A DNA stretch of 64,000 nucleotides from an uncultured delta proteobacterium (GTDB taxonomy: Bacteria; Desulfobacterota; Binatia; Binatales; Binataceae). The notes under the pieces are model-generated. The model searched no databases, was not told where the DNA came from, and saw nothing but the letters and a program-made list of their open reading frames with translations. Positions 29,051-37,308 of the stretch are shown in pieces. The stretch is taken from NCBI GenBank assembly GCA_963724765.1, contig CAVRVY010000001.1:960001-1024000 (forward strand), read 5' to 3'. A program made the position numbers and the translations under genes. Positions within the stretch are counted from its first letter, which is position 1, and every line of letters starts with the position of its first letter.

Positions 29051-30739
29051 ATGGCACTCCAAGTAAAATCTCGCGCCCCGCGCTTCCGTGTCCAAATTCA
29101 TGCGAAGGGCACCCAGGGCGCGATGGTCAGCTACGACACCGCTTCGTCCGGCGACACCGCGCTTCTCGCCTCGATCGTGTCGATCCAGACCTCGCGCCGC
29201 ATGGGCCAAGCCGGTACGTTCGCCCTCACGCTGCTTCCGCGCCGCGATGCCCTTCATCGATGGCAGGACGTGATCTCACCGATGGATTACGTCGAGATCG
29301 ATCTCTCGCCGTCGGGCGCTGTCGGCGCCGGTTCGACAAGCACATCCGCGAAATTTCGCGGCTTTATCGATAGCGTCGAAATGGTCTGGACTCTGGAAGA
29401 CGGCCGCCCGTTCCCGGCGATCCGCATCTCCGGACGCGATTACACGAAACTTCTGATCGACATGCAGCTCTATTTACTGGGCAACGTGCCGCCGTCGCTC
29501 CAAGTCTTATTGACGTGGTTGCAAGGCATCAGCGCGCTCGATCCGTCGACTACTACTACATCGACTGAGATTAGCAAAGCCTCCGCTTTGGGCGGTTCGG
29601 GCTCGCCCGCCAACCTGCGCCCCGATCAAGTGATCAACGGCCTTTTCACGGACTGGCTACGCCCGTTTTCGTCGGCGATCGAATCGGCCCTCACGATCAG
29701 TACGCCGATTCGACTCGATGCCTCCTACGCGCAACTCGACGCCACGCAACTCGGACTCGCCGCCATTCGCCCCGCGATCCTCGTCGACAATTTCGATCTC
29801 CTCCGTACCGCCGTGTGGACGGTGATGGGCGAATACTCACACGCGCCGTGGTACGAACTCTATGTCGAGGACTACAGCGACGCGCCCTATCTAGTGTTGC
29901 GGCCGGCACCGTGGCGAGATATCAACGGCGCGTGGGTTCAACCGACTGCGTGGAGCAGCATCTCGCCCTCGTCGTCATCGCCATCGCCACGCGCGCCGCG
30001 CTTCATCGCCGTCGATGCGCATGAGATCGTCGCCCTCGCCTTGGGCCGCAGCGACGCCGGCTCTGACGATAGCTCCGACAGTGCCGCCTCGGGTGGAGCT
30101 GGTGGATCGGGCGGTACGGCGTCGAGCGGCGGCGGCGGACAGGTCAACAATTTCTTTTTGACCTACCCGGCGCCATTCGAGGCACTCACCACCGCCGCGC
30201 GCAATCTGGGCTCGCCGTTATTGACCGGTAACAACCCTCTGATCTGCGGCTCACCCTCACTCGCGTCGTCGGGCGCGTTCGGCGCTTCCGACTGGCACGA
30301 GTTTGGCTGGCGCCCGATGGAGCGTTGGAGCGCCTACAGCGACTTCCCCGGTAACGATCCTACGACCGCCTCTATAGGCAGCGAGTTGAATCGCCGGTTG
30401 GGTGCAGCCTTCAGCTTCGGCGAATACCTCGAATCGGGCATCATCACGATCGTCCGCGATCCTGCATCCGCACAGTACGATCCCATTCACCTGGGCGACT
30501 ACATCAGCCTGACGGGCGCGCTCGATGAGTTTGGCATCGAGTGGGCGCAAGGAACTTTCGCCTATGTTGAATCAGTGTCGCACGATTTCCGCATCCCCAC
30601 CGGCACGGGCGATGGCAGCTATACCATGATGCTGGGCGTGACGCGCGGCGAAGGCCATTTAGATCGCTATCCTAACCTGCGCAACAACTCGATCGTGACG
30701 CCCTTGAAGAACGCCGCGCTCACCACGACGACGCCTTAA
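29051..30739 (+). CDS. Baseplate hub-like tail protein (T4 gp27/Mu gp44-like)
   Basis: SIQTSRRMGQAGTFALTL, ISPMDYVEI, FRGFIDSV, ISGRDYTKLL, PWYELYVED, C-terminal SGIITI...IHLGDYI...YVESVSHDF...MLGVTRG. Confidence 0.7.
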   Translation: MALQVKSRAPRFRVQIHAKGTQGAMVSYDTASSGDTALLASIVSIQTSRRMGQAGTFALTLLPRRDALHRWQDVISPMDYVEIDLSPSGAVGAGSTSTSAKFRGFIDSVEMVWTLEDGRPFPAIRISGRDYTKLLIDMQLYLLGNVPPSLQVLLTWLQGISALDPSTTTTSTEISKASALGGSGSPANLRPDQVINGLFTDWLRPFSSAIESALTISTPIRLDASYAQLDATQLGLAAIRPAILVDNFDLLRTAVWTVMGEYSHAPWYELYVEDYSDAPYLVLRPAPWRDINGAWVQPTAWSSISPSSSSPSPRAPRFIAVDAHEIVALALGRSDAGSDDSSDSAASGGAGGSGGTASSGGGGQVNNFFLTYPAPFEALTTAARNLGSPLLTGNNPLICGSPSLASSGAFGASDWHEFGWRPMERWSAYSDFPGNDPTTASIGSELNRRLGAAFSFGEYLESGIITIVRDPASAQYDPIHLGDYISLTGALDEFGIEWAQGTFAYVESVSHDFRIPTGTGDGSYTMMLGVTRGEGHLDRYPNLRNNSIVTPLKNAALTTTTP

Positions 30740-30781
30740 CCTGCTACCCGACTCGACTACCTACACTCTACAACGCGGATC

Positions 30782-30825
30782 AAAAGAAAAGGGGCCAGCC
30801 GCGCTCACTCTACGCGGCTGGCCCC
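30782..30825 (-). terminator. Rho-independent terminator
   Basis: 13-bp stem ggggccagccgcg/cgcggctggcccc with a T-tract on the minus strand, between convergent genes. Confidence 0.8.
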
Positions 30826-30885
30826 CGAGTCGGGCAGCTGCGATCGGACGCAACGATCGCGGGCCGCCCTCTATGACCGTTCTAG

Positions 30886-31722
30886 TTAATTGCCGTACAG
30901 CTCGTCAGCGCTAACCGCGAAAGGGTTTCCGGACGGCAACGCTGGTAGGCCGTATCGCCGTCTCACCGCTTCGGGCACCGCCCCGAGCGCACGCTCAACG
31001 TTGCGCCGCGAGCTGGCGAAAGTCGGATTGACGCTCTCGTACACCAACAGCACGCTGGGATCGAGATCCTCGTTGCATACTGCGTCCTGCAACTTCGACT
31101 TCAGCATCTCGTACTGCCGCGTGCCTTTGATGAGTGCCATCAAATCAAAGCCGCCGCGACGACGCATGCCGAAGCTTTTCCCGGTGACGTACTCATCGCG
31201 ATCCAGGCCGCGTCTCACGCTGCGACGCGCCAACTTGTCGCCGCCGATCATCGCGCGGCCCTCTTCGTCGGGATCGTCCTCATCCTCGACGTAATCCTGA
31301 CCGTCGATCGGCGTGATCCGGCTGTCGCCACGCGCGCCAGGAAAGCGGATGCGGCTGGGGCGCCCGCTCACGAGCATCATGTGGCTTTCGTCGTCAAGCT
31401 CATCGCCCAGAGCGAACAGTTCGTCGTCGCTGAGCGATTGAATACCACGCCACGCGTCGCGCATGTCCTTGCGGCGTGCTCCTTGTGCGCGTCGATCGGA
31501 GTCGTCGATCGACTCGTCGTCGTAGTCTTTTGCGTCGGACAGCTCGGCAATCGTTTGGGCGCGGCGGCGCTTCGATTTCACGAGGTCTTCGAGATCTCGG
31601 GCAGCTTCGGCGAAGGCTGAATTGTAGTTCATAAGTGCGTCCTTGTGTGCCTCATTTTCGGGGATGGTCATGCGGAAGCGTCGGCCGGTGAGAAAGTCTG
31701 TCACTAAGCGCGCGATCCGCAT
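30886..31722 (-). CDS. Acidic hypothetical protein (possible head scaffold/internal protein)
   Basis: 278 aa, Asp/Glu/Arg-rich, has its own promoter and terminator; function not recognised. Confidence 0.65.
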   Translation of the reverse strand: MRIARLVTDFLTGRRFRMTIPENEAHKDALMNYNSAFAEAARDLEDLVKSKRRRAQTIAELSDAKDYDDESIDDSDRRAQGARRKDMRDAWRGIQSLSDDELFALGDELDDESHMMLVSGRPSRIRFPGARGDSRITPIDGQDYVEDEDDPDEEGRAMIGGDKLARRSVRRGLDRDEYVTGKSFGMRRRGGFDLMALIKGTRQYEMLKSKLQDAVCNEDLDPSVLLVYESVNPTFASSRRNVERALGAVPEAVRRRYGLPALPSGNPFAVSADELYGN

Positions 31723-31729
31723 ATTGGAG

Positions 31730-31763
31730 AGTATAACAATGTTTCAGAGTCGAGTGCTATACT
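31730..31763. promoter_or_regulatory. Back-to-back extended -10 promoters (TGnTATACT on both strands)
   Basis: TGTTATACT on minus (31738-31730) and TGCTATACT on plus (31755-31763) between divergent genes. Confidence 0.6.
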
Positions 31764-31787
31764 CACGGCAGCGAGGCGAGCAGCGAA

Positions 31788-32207
31788 ATGGGCAATCCTA
31801 ACAACCTCATCCCGTTCCAGTTTAAAAAGGGCCAGTCGGGCAACCCCAACGGCCGCCCTAGCGACCGCGAGGCCGTCGCCCATGCCCTAAAATCGACCCG
31901 CAATGGCCTCGAACTCGTCGAGACGCTTATCGACCTGATGCGCAACGCCAAGGCGGAAAAGACGCGCCTGGCCGCGACCTGTGAATTGTGGGATCGAGTT
32001 TATGGCCGCGTCCCGGCGTCGGATCGGCCCTCGCTACTGGGCGAGTTGGCGCGGGGCGCAAGCGAGATACACTTCGCGGCGTCGTTCGGCCCGCGTCGCG
32101 CACCGGGCGACGAGGCTAAGGACGATACGGTTGTAGAAGTTGTCGAAGCCGACTCCCATCGCGTCGATATGGACGACGCCGAGACGCCCGTCGAGACGCC
32201 CGAGTAG
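31788..32207 (+). CDS. DUF5681-domain protein, small terminase-like
   Basis: N-terminal FKKGQSGNPNGRP, then RLAATCELWDRVYGR helical segment and acidic tail. Confidence 0.65.
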   Translation: MGNPNNLIPFQFKKGQSGNPNGRPSDREAVAHALKSTRNGLELVETLIDLMRNAKAEKTRLAATCELWDRVYGRVPASDRPSLLGELARGASEIHFAASFGPRRAPGDEAKDDTVVEVVEADSHRVDMDDAETPVETPE

Positions 32208-32676
32208 CCCGGAAAGCGTCGAAACCCCCGAATAAACCTGCTGGGCTCACGACGCCACTAAAAATTTCTCGCCCTTGTATCGCGAATAAAACAATGTGTC
32301 GCGCCAACTGTGGAGCTGCGTCGCCGAAAAAAGAGTTTGAGATCGAGTGGTCGAAAAGTGGCGCGCCCGAGGCCCAAATACATGAACAACAAGCACAACG
32401 CACCGACGACGCCCTCGACGACGACGCCTTGGTATCGCTATCGCGATCAACGAATGGCGCATACCCGAGAGCTGCGACAGCTCGCGATCCACTCCCAGGG
32501 GGCGCCGCGATGCGGCCGATGTGAGATCGTGCTCGAATTCCGACCCGCGGGCGAACCATGCCGCATCGCGCAGTGCCCGTTGTCGCGACCCGCGGATCGC
32601 GACACGCTGCGCATGCCCTAATCGCGTCTACCGCTACCCCCTTTGTCCGCCGAAAAGCCGTGAGACTATTATCTCA

Positions 32677-33063
32677 GTGCTACCCACCGCACATCGCCAC
32701 GCGAACGGCGCGTCTCCGGTCCTGAGCCTCGATGCGCCGGTGTCCTCGCTCGACGCGCTCGACTCGACGACGCTCTCGGCCCTCACGCCCGCACAGCTCG
32801 CCAGCCTGATCGCGCGCCTAGCCGCGCTTCAGTCGAGCATCGCATCCGCGATGTTCCAGCACGCGATCATTCCCCACAACGCCAAGGACACGGCACCTGC
32901 CCGCTGGCTCGACGCCGACGAAGCCGCCGCGATCCTCCACAAGCCGCGCCGATGGCTATTCGACAACGCGAAGCGCTACGCCTGGATCAAACGCGTAAGT
33001 CGCAAGTCGCTCCTCGTCGATGAGGCGGCGATGCTGCGCTGGATCGCCTCGCGCACTCGCTGA
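32677..33063 (+). CDS. Excisionase-like HTH DNA-binding protein (start uncertain)
   Basis: C-terminal WLDADEAAAILHKPRRWLF...RVSRKSLLVDEAAMLRWI, just upstream of the integrase. Confidence 0.65.
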   Translation: MLPTAHRHANGASPVLSLDAPVSSLDALDSTTLSALTPAQLASLIARLAALQSSIASAMFQHAIIPHNAKDTAPARWLDADEAAAILHKPRRWLFDNAKRYAWIKRVSRKSLLVDEAAMLRWIASRTR

Positions 33064-33132
33064 CGCTCGCCCTCGACGGCCGCCTTGTGGATAACCGATC
33101 AAAATAAACCTGCGCTTCGCTCTCTGTAGTGT

Positions 33133-33160
33133 TTGACATAATTATGCTTTTATGTATAAT
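33133..33160 (+). promoter_or_regulatory. Consensus sigma70 promoter with palindrome
   Basis: TTGACA-16 bp-TATAAT; CATAATTATG palindrome at 33137-33146. Confidence 0.8.
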
Positions 33161-33166
33161 TAGATC

Positions 33167-33340
33167 ATGAAGCGCAGGGGAGACGCGAAAGAGCCCACCA
33201 TGAAGATCACGACCATCCGCATGCCCGACCCGCTGCTCAAGCGCGTCAAGATCCGTGCCGTCGAAGAGGGTACGACCTTCCAGGCGCTTTTAATCGAAGC
33301 GCTTGAAGCGTATCTGAAGGGCCACAAGAAGCAGGGCTGA
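33167..33340 (+). CDS. Ribbon-helix-helix regulator (57 aa, below the ORF-track cutoff)
   Basis: Manual translation MKRRGDAKEPTMKITTIRMPDPLLKRVKIRAVEEGTTFQALLIEALEAYLKGHKKQG fits the CopG/Arc pattern. Confidence 0.8.
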   Translation: MKRRGDAKEPTMKITTIRMPDPLLKRVKIRAVEEGTTFQALLIEALEAYLKGHKKQG

Positions 33341-33387
33341 CGCGACGCGACGCACCGCGCCCAAATCGCACCAGGAGGAACCGGGCG

Positions 33388-34518
33388 ATGACCAACAACG
33401 AAACCGCGAACGCACCCGAAGCGAAAGTCGAGACGAAGGCCCACGGGCGCGAAAAGGGCAGGGCGCGCGGACTCGGCTCGCTTTTCAAGCGCGGCAACAC
33501 CTTCTGGATCTGCTACTACCGCGACGGGCGCCGCTACCGCGAATCCGCCGACTCCGACAAGGAAACCATCGCCGCGAAGCTCTTGAAGCGCCGCCTGGCC
33601 GACGCCGCTTCAGGCAAACCGATCGGCCCGGAAGTCGAAAAGACCACGCTTTCGGACCTCCAGGGGATCCTGCTCGATCACTACCGCATGAACGGCAAGC
33701 GTTCGACCCGACGCGTCGCGCAAGCCCTAGATCACCTTCTCGCCCACTTCGATCCCTCCTCACGCGCCAACGCCATCACGGGTGATCGCGTCAACCGTTA
33801 TGTCGTCGAGCGTCAGGAACAGGGCGCCGCCAACGCGACGATCAACCGCGAACTCGCCGCACTCAAGCGCGCCTTCCATCTCGCCCATCGCGTAGGCCGT
33901 GTCGCGACCATCCCGTTCATCACCATGCTTGCCGAAGACAACGCGCGCCAAGGCTTCGCCGAGGCGGCCGACTTCGACGCGATCCATGCCCTATTGCCCG
34001 AGCACCTCCAAGACCCGATCCGCTTCCTCTACCTCTCGGGCTGGCGCGTCGGTGAGATGAAGACCCTCGAATGGCGCGACGTGTATACGGACGCCATCCG
34101 CCTGCGCTCCGAGAACAGCAAAAACGGTAAGGGCCGCGAGCTTCCCCTGTTGGGTGAGCTTGCCGCGATCCTCGATCGCGCCCGCGATACGCGCCGTCTC
34201 GACTGTCCATACGTCTTCCATCGCGACGGCAAACAGCTTCGCGACTTCCGCGGCGCCTGGGCATCGGCGTGCGCGAAGGCGGGTCATGCCCAGCTCCTCG
34301 TTCATGATCTCCGCCGCAGCGCGATTCGCAACATGACCCGCGCCGGCGTGGGCGAGCGGATTGCGATGGCGATTTCGGGCCACAAGACGCGCTCGACGTT
34401 CGACCGTTACAACATCACGACCGGTGACGACCTGCGCCATGCGGTCGAGGCGGTTCAAGACTTCCTCTCCAACCAGCCCGCCGAATCGCGCGTCACCGCC
34501 CTGCGAGAGGCGAAGTAG
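33388..34518 (+). CDS. int: Tyrosine recombinase / phage integrase
   Basis: GSLFKRG arm domain, ATINRELAALKRAF, SGWRVGE, SKNG, HDLRR, SGHKT, RY; AGGAGG RBS; adjacent to the tRNA 3' end. Confidence 0.95.
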   Translation: MTNNETANAPEAKVETKAHGREKGRARGLGSLFKRGNTFWICYYRDGRRYRESADSDKETIAAKLLKRRLADAASGKPIGPEVEKTTLSDLQGILLDHYRMNGKRSTRRVAQALDHLLAHFDPSSRANAITGDRVNRYVVERQEQGAANATINRELAALKRAFHLAHRVGRVATIPFITMLAEDNARQGFAEAADFDAIHALLPEHLQDPIRFLYLSGWRVGEMKTLEWRDVYTDAIRLRSENSKNGKGRELPLLGELAAILDRARDTRRLDCPYVFHRDGKQLRDFRGAWASACAKAGHAQLLVHDLRRSAIRNMTRAGVGERIAMAISGHKTRSTFDRYNITTGDDLRHAVEAVQDFLSNQPAESRVTALREAK

Positions 34519-34669
34519 AGCATGGACGCCGCCTCGCGCACGGAAACCGTCTGTCTGACCGCAAGGTTAGCCACATTTCGTCCACAATTTCGTCGAAATT
34601 GGCCCTCCGCACGCCCGTGCCCGAGGTGCGCTCATTCGCGTAATCCTTTGAATATATTGAGATTTCGAG

Positions 34670-34755
34670 TGGTGCCGAGGGCGGGACTTGAACCCGCATG
34701 TGCTTACCCACGGAGGATTTTGAGTCCTCTGCGTCTGCCATTTCGCCACCTCGGC
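34670..34755 (-). tRNA. tRNA-Leu(CAA)
   Basis: GCCGAGG acceptor stem, TGGC...TGGCAGACGC D-arm, GAGGA-CTCAAAA-TCCTC anticodon arm, long variable arm, GGTTCAAGTCC, encoded CCA. Confidence 0.97.
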
Positions 34756-35081
34756 ATCGGGGTGGTTGTGCCGCGCCGACCGCCCGCTAGCGCGTCGCGA
34801 CATCGCAGTGCCGTGATTGTGCCAGACCCGAGCGCGCGCTCACAAGTGCGCCCGCCTCAAAGGTGACCGGCATGAGATTGTAGTTTTCAGTCCCGCCATA
34901 AACGTGTCGCCGCAAAATAATGGCACTGGAGCGGAGACCGCGCTTATAGAGTTTGTCAGGGGCTTTTCGTGAGGTCTTCAACAAATCTACTTTTTTGAAG
35001 ATGGTGCGACATTTGCTTTCTCGCTTGGCCCGTGGGGGTCGATATACCGCTTACACGCGCGCCGGGGGAGAAGTATCACCG

Positions 35082-36179
35082 ATGAATCTGAATCGTTTGA
35101 TCAAGGGCGCGGCATTGGCGCTCGTCGTCTCGATGTTGGCCGGAATCGAACTGTCGCACGCGTGCTCCCGGGTGCTGTGGGTCAGGAGCGGACAGCCGGT
35201 TTTGGTTGGTCGCACCATGGATTGGTTCGAGCCGATGGAAACCAATCTGTGGACCCTCCCCCGCGGGATCAAACGCAGCGGTCTGGCGGGTAAGAACTCA
35301 CTGCACTGGACTTCCAAGTACGGCAGCGTGGCCGCAGTGGTTTACGGTTTCGCCTCGGCCGATGGCATGAATGAAAAGGGGCTCGACGCGAATATTTTGT
35401 GGCTCGCCGAAGCTGACTTCGGCAGCCGCGACGACAAGCTGCCCGGACTCTCGGTGAGCCTGTGGGCGCAATACTATCTCGACAACTTTGCGACCGTGGC
35501 TGAAGCGATCGCGGCCACCGAGCAAGGCCGCTTCCAGCTCGTGCCGGTCACGATAGGGATCAAGGAAAAGATGTCCTCAACGGTGCATCTGTCGCTGGCC
35601 GATAAAACTGGCGACTCGGCGATCATCGAATATATTGGCGGCAAGACGAAGCTTTATCACAGCCGAAATTACACCGTTATGACCAACTCGCCGACTTTCG
35701 ACCGGCAGCTCGAACTGGCGCGGGACTACCAGGGGCTGGGGGGAGATAAACCGTTGCCGGGCACCAGCGAGGCGTCGGATCGTTTCGTGCGCGCCAGCTA
35801 TTACCTCAAGTACCTGCCCGGACCAGGGAACTACCGCGCGGCGGTGGCCGGAGTGCTGAGCGTGATGCGCAATGTTTCGGCGCCGTTTGGGGTCAACGAG
35901 CCGGGGAAGCCCAATATCTCGGCGACCATCTTTTGCACGGTCGCCGACCTGACCAACGGCATCTATTATTATGATTCCACGCTCAGTCCGAATATCGTGT
36001 GGCTCGATCTGCGCAAGCTCAATCTGGCCGCGGGCGCGCCGGTGGAAAAACTCGACCTGATTGGCAATCCGGGCCTGGTCGGTGATGTCACCGCCAGGTT
36101 CAGTCCCGCCACGCCGTTCAAGTTCATGCGCGCCGGAGAGCAAAAGGTTGAGGTTTTCCAGACTCCGCCGGGAGCGTGA
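35082..36179 (+). CDS. Linear amide C-N hydrolase (penicillin V acylase / choloylglycine hydrolase family), secreted
   Basis: Signal peptide ending SHA, then catalytic Cys (CSR), GRTMDW, DGMNEKGL, VMTNSP, DRFVRA. Confidence 0.9.
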   Translation: MNLNRLIKGAALALVVSMLAGIELSHACSRVLWVRSGQPVLVGRTMDWFEPMETNLWTLPRGIKRSGLAGKNSLHWTSKYGSVAAVVYGFASADGMNEKGLDANILWLAEADFGSRDDKLPGLSVSLWAQYYLDNFATVAEAIAATEQGRFQLVPVTIGIKEKMSSTVHLSLADKTGDSAIIEYIGGKTKLYHSRNYTVMTNSPTFDRQLELARDYQGLGGDKPLPGTSEASDRFVRASYYLKYLPGPGNYRAAVAGVLSVMRNVSAPFGVNEPGKPNISATIFCTVADLTNGIYYYDSTLSPNIVWLDLRKLNLAAGAPVEKLDLIGNPGLVGDVTARFSPATPFKFMRAGEQKVEVFQTPPGA

Positions 36180-36232
36180 TCTGCTCCCGGCGCCGCGCAA
36201 GCGGAATGCGCCGGCGGAGCTGCCCAAGCCGT

Positions 36233-37165
36233 TCAGCGCGGCAGGAATTCGTTGATCACTCCGCCAATCAAATCCTTCGACGCGATGCGGTCGAGCGTGT
36301 CGAGGTCCCATCCCCCCTCGCGATAGAGCGAGCGCGCCGGCTCGGGCTCGGCGTAGATGCCAACGAGGTCGCCGCCGACCACGAACGTGCGGCCGTTGAC
36401 GTTCACGGCCGCGTCAGTACATAGCCACACCACCAGCGCCGCGACGTGCTCGGGCTTGTTCTGCAAGCCGCTGCGATCGATCGCCGGCGCCGCCGTCGGC
36501 CCCAGCGTCGCGCGCATCCGTTCCATCGCGTCCGCCACGCCCTCGTCGAACAGCCGCGTCGCCGCGCGCGGCCGTATCGCGTTGCATCGCACGCCATAGC
36601 GCCCGAGATCGCGCGCGATGGTGCGCGTCAGCCCGACGATTCCCTCCTTGGCCGCCGAATAACTCGCCTGCCCAAAATGGCCGAGGCCCGACTCTGAGGC
36701 AGTGTTGACGATCACGCCGCTCTTCTGCTCGCGGAAGATCGGACTGGCGAACCGAATCGTGGTGAAATGGCCCTTTAGGTGCACCGACATCATCGAGTCC
36801 CAGTCGTCCTCGGTCATGTGAAAGATTATTTTCGGGCGCACGGCTCCGGCATTGTTGATGAGGATGTCGAGCTTGCCGAACGAATCAATTGCGGTCTTGA
36901 CGATGCGCTCGCCGCCTTCCATCGTGGTAACGCTGTCGATGTTTGCCACCGCCTCGCCGCCGGCGGCGCGGATTTCCGCCGCCACCTGTCCCGCGATGCT
37001 CTGGTCGGCGCCTTTGCCGAGCATGTCCGTGCCGAGATCGTTGACCACGACCTTGGCGCCTTCGGCCGCGAGCAGCATCGCCTCGGCGCGGCCGATTCCG
37101 CGGCCGGCTCCGGTTACGATTGCGACCTTGTCCTTGAGTCTTTGCTTTCCCTGTTGCGTTGCCAT
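36233..37165 (-). CDS. SDR family oxidoreductase
   Basis: TGAGRGIG, VVVNDLG, NNAG, YSAAK. Confidence 0.92.
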   Translation of the reverse strand: MATQQGKQRLKDKVAIVTGAGRGIGRAEAMLLAAEGAKVVVNDLGTDMLGKGADQSIAGQVAAEIRAAGGEAVANIDSVTTMEGGERIVKTAIDSFGKLDILINNAGAVRPKIIFHMTEDDWDSMMSVHLKGHFTTIRFASPIFREQKSGVIVNTASESGLGHFGQASYSAAKEGIVGLTRTIARDLGRYGVRCNAIRPRAATRLFDEGVADAMERMRATLGPTAAPAIDRSGLQNKPEHVAALVVWLCTDAAVNVNGRTFVVGGDLVGIYAEPEPARSLYREGGWDLDTLDRIASKDLIGGVINEFLPR

Positions 37166-37308
37166 CGCCGTCTCCATTGATTTGATGCGAGTCGCTCTGC
37201 CGGCCACGAGGTCTTGCGCGAGGTCCTGCGAAAGTTCCTGCGAAAGTTCCTGCGAGCGAGCCTATGAATAGCGCCGAATCGCGCGCCATGCGAGAGCGCC
37301 GGCGCGCC

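Larger units (their letters stand above)
15727..34727. mobile_element. ~19 kb tRNA-Leu-integrated element (phage satellite-like or reduced prophage)
   Basis: Flanking att repeats, intact tyrosine integrase, Xis/AlpA-like genes, Rep helicase plus iterons, TerS-like gene, tail-like genes, TA module. Confidence 0.92.

Noticed and set aside
26700-30739. T6SS VgrG, eCIS or tailocin locus
   Set aside because: No sheath, tube/Hcp, PAAR/spike or baseplate wedge genes recognised, and the pair sits inside an att-bounded replicative element.
15727-34727. Complete autonomous prophage or conjugative ICE
   Set aside because: No recognisable capsid, portal, large terminase or lysis genes, and no relaxase or T4SS genes.
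37208-37257. 12-bp tandem repeat (TCCTGCGAAAGT-like) upstream of the SDR gene
   Set aside because: Only 2-3 units; looks like local slippage with no supportable function.
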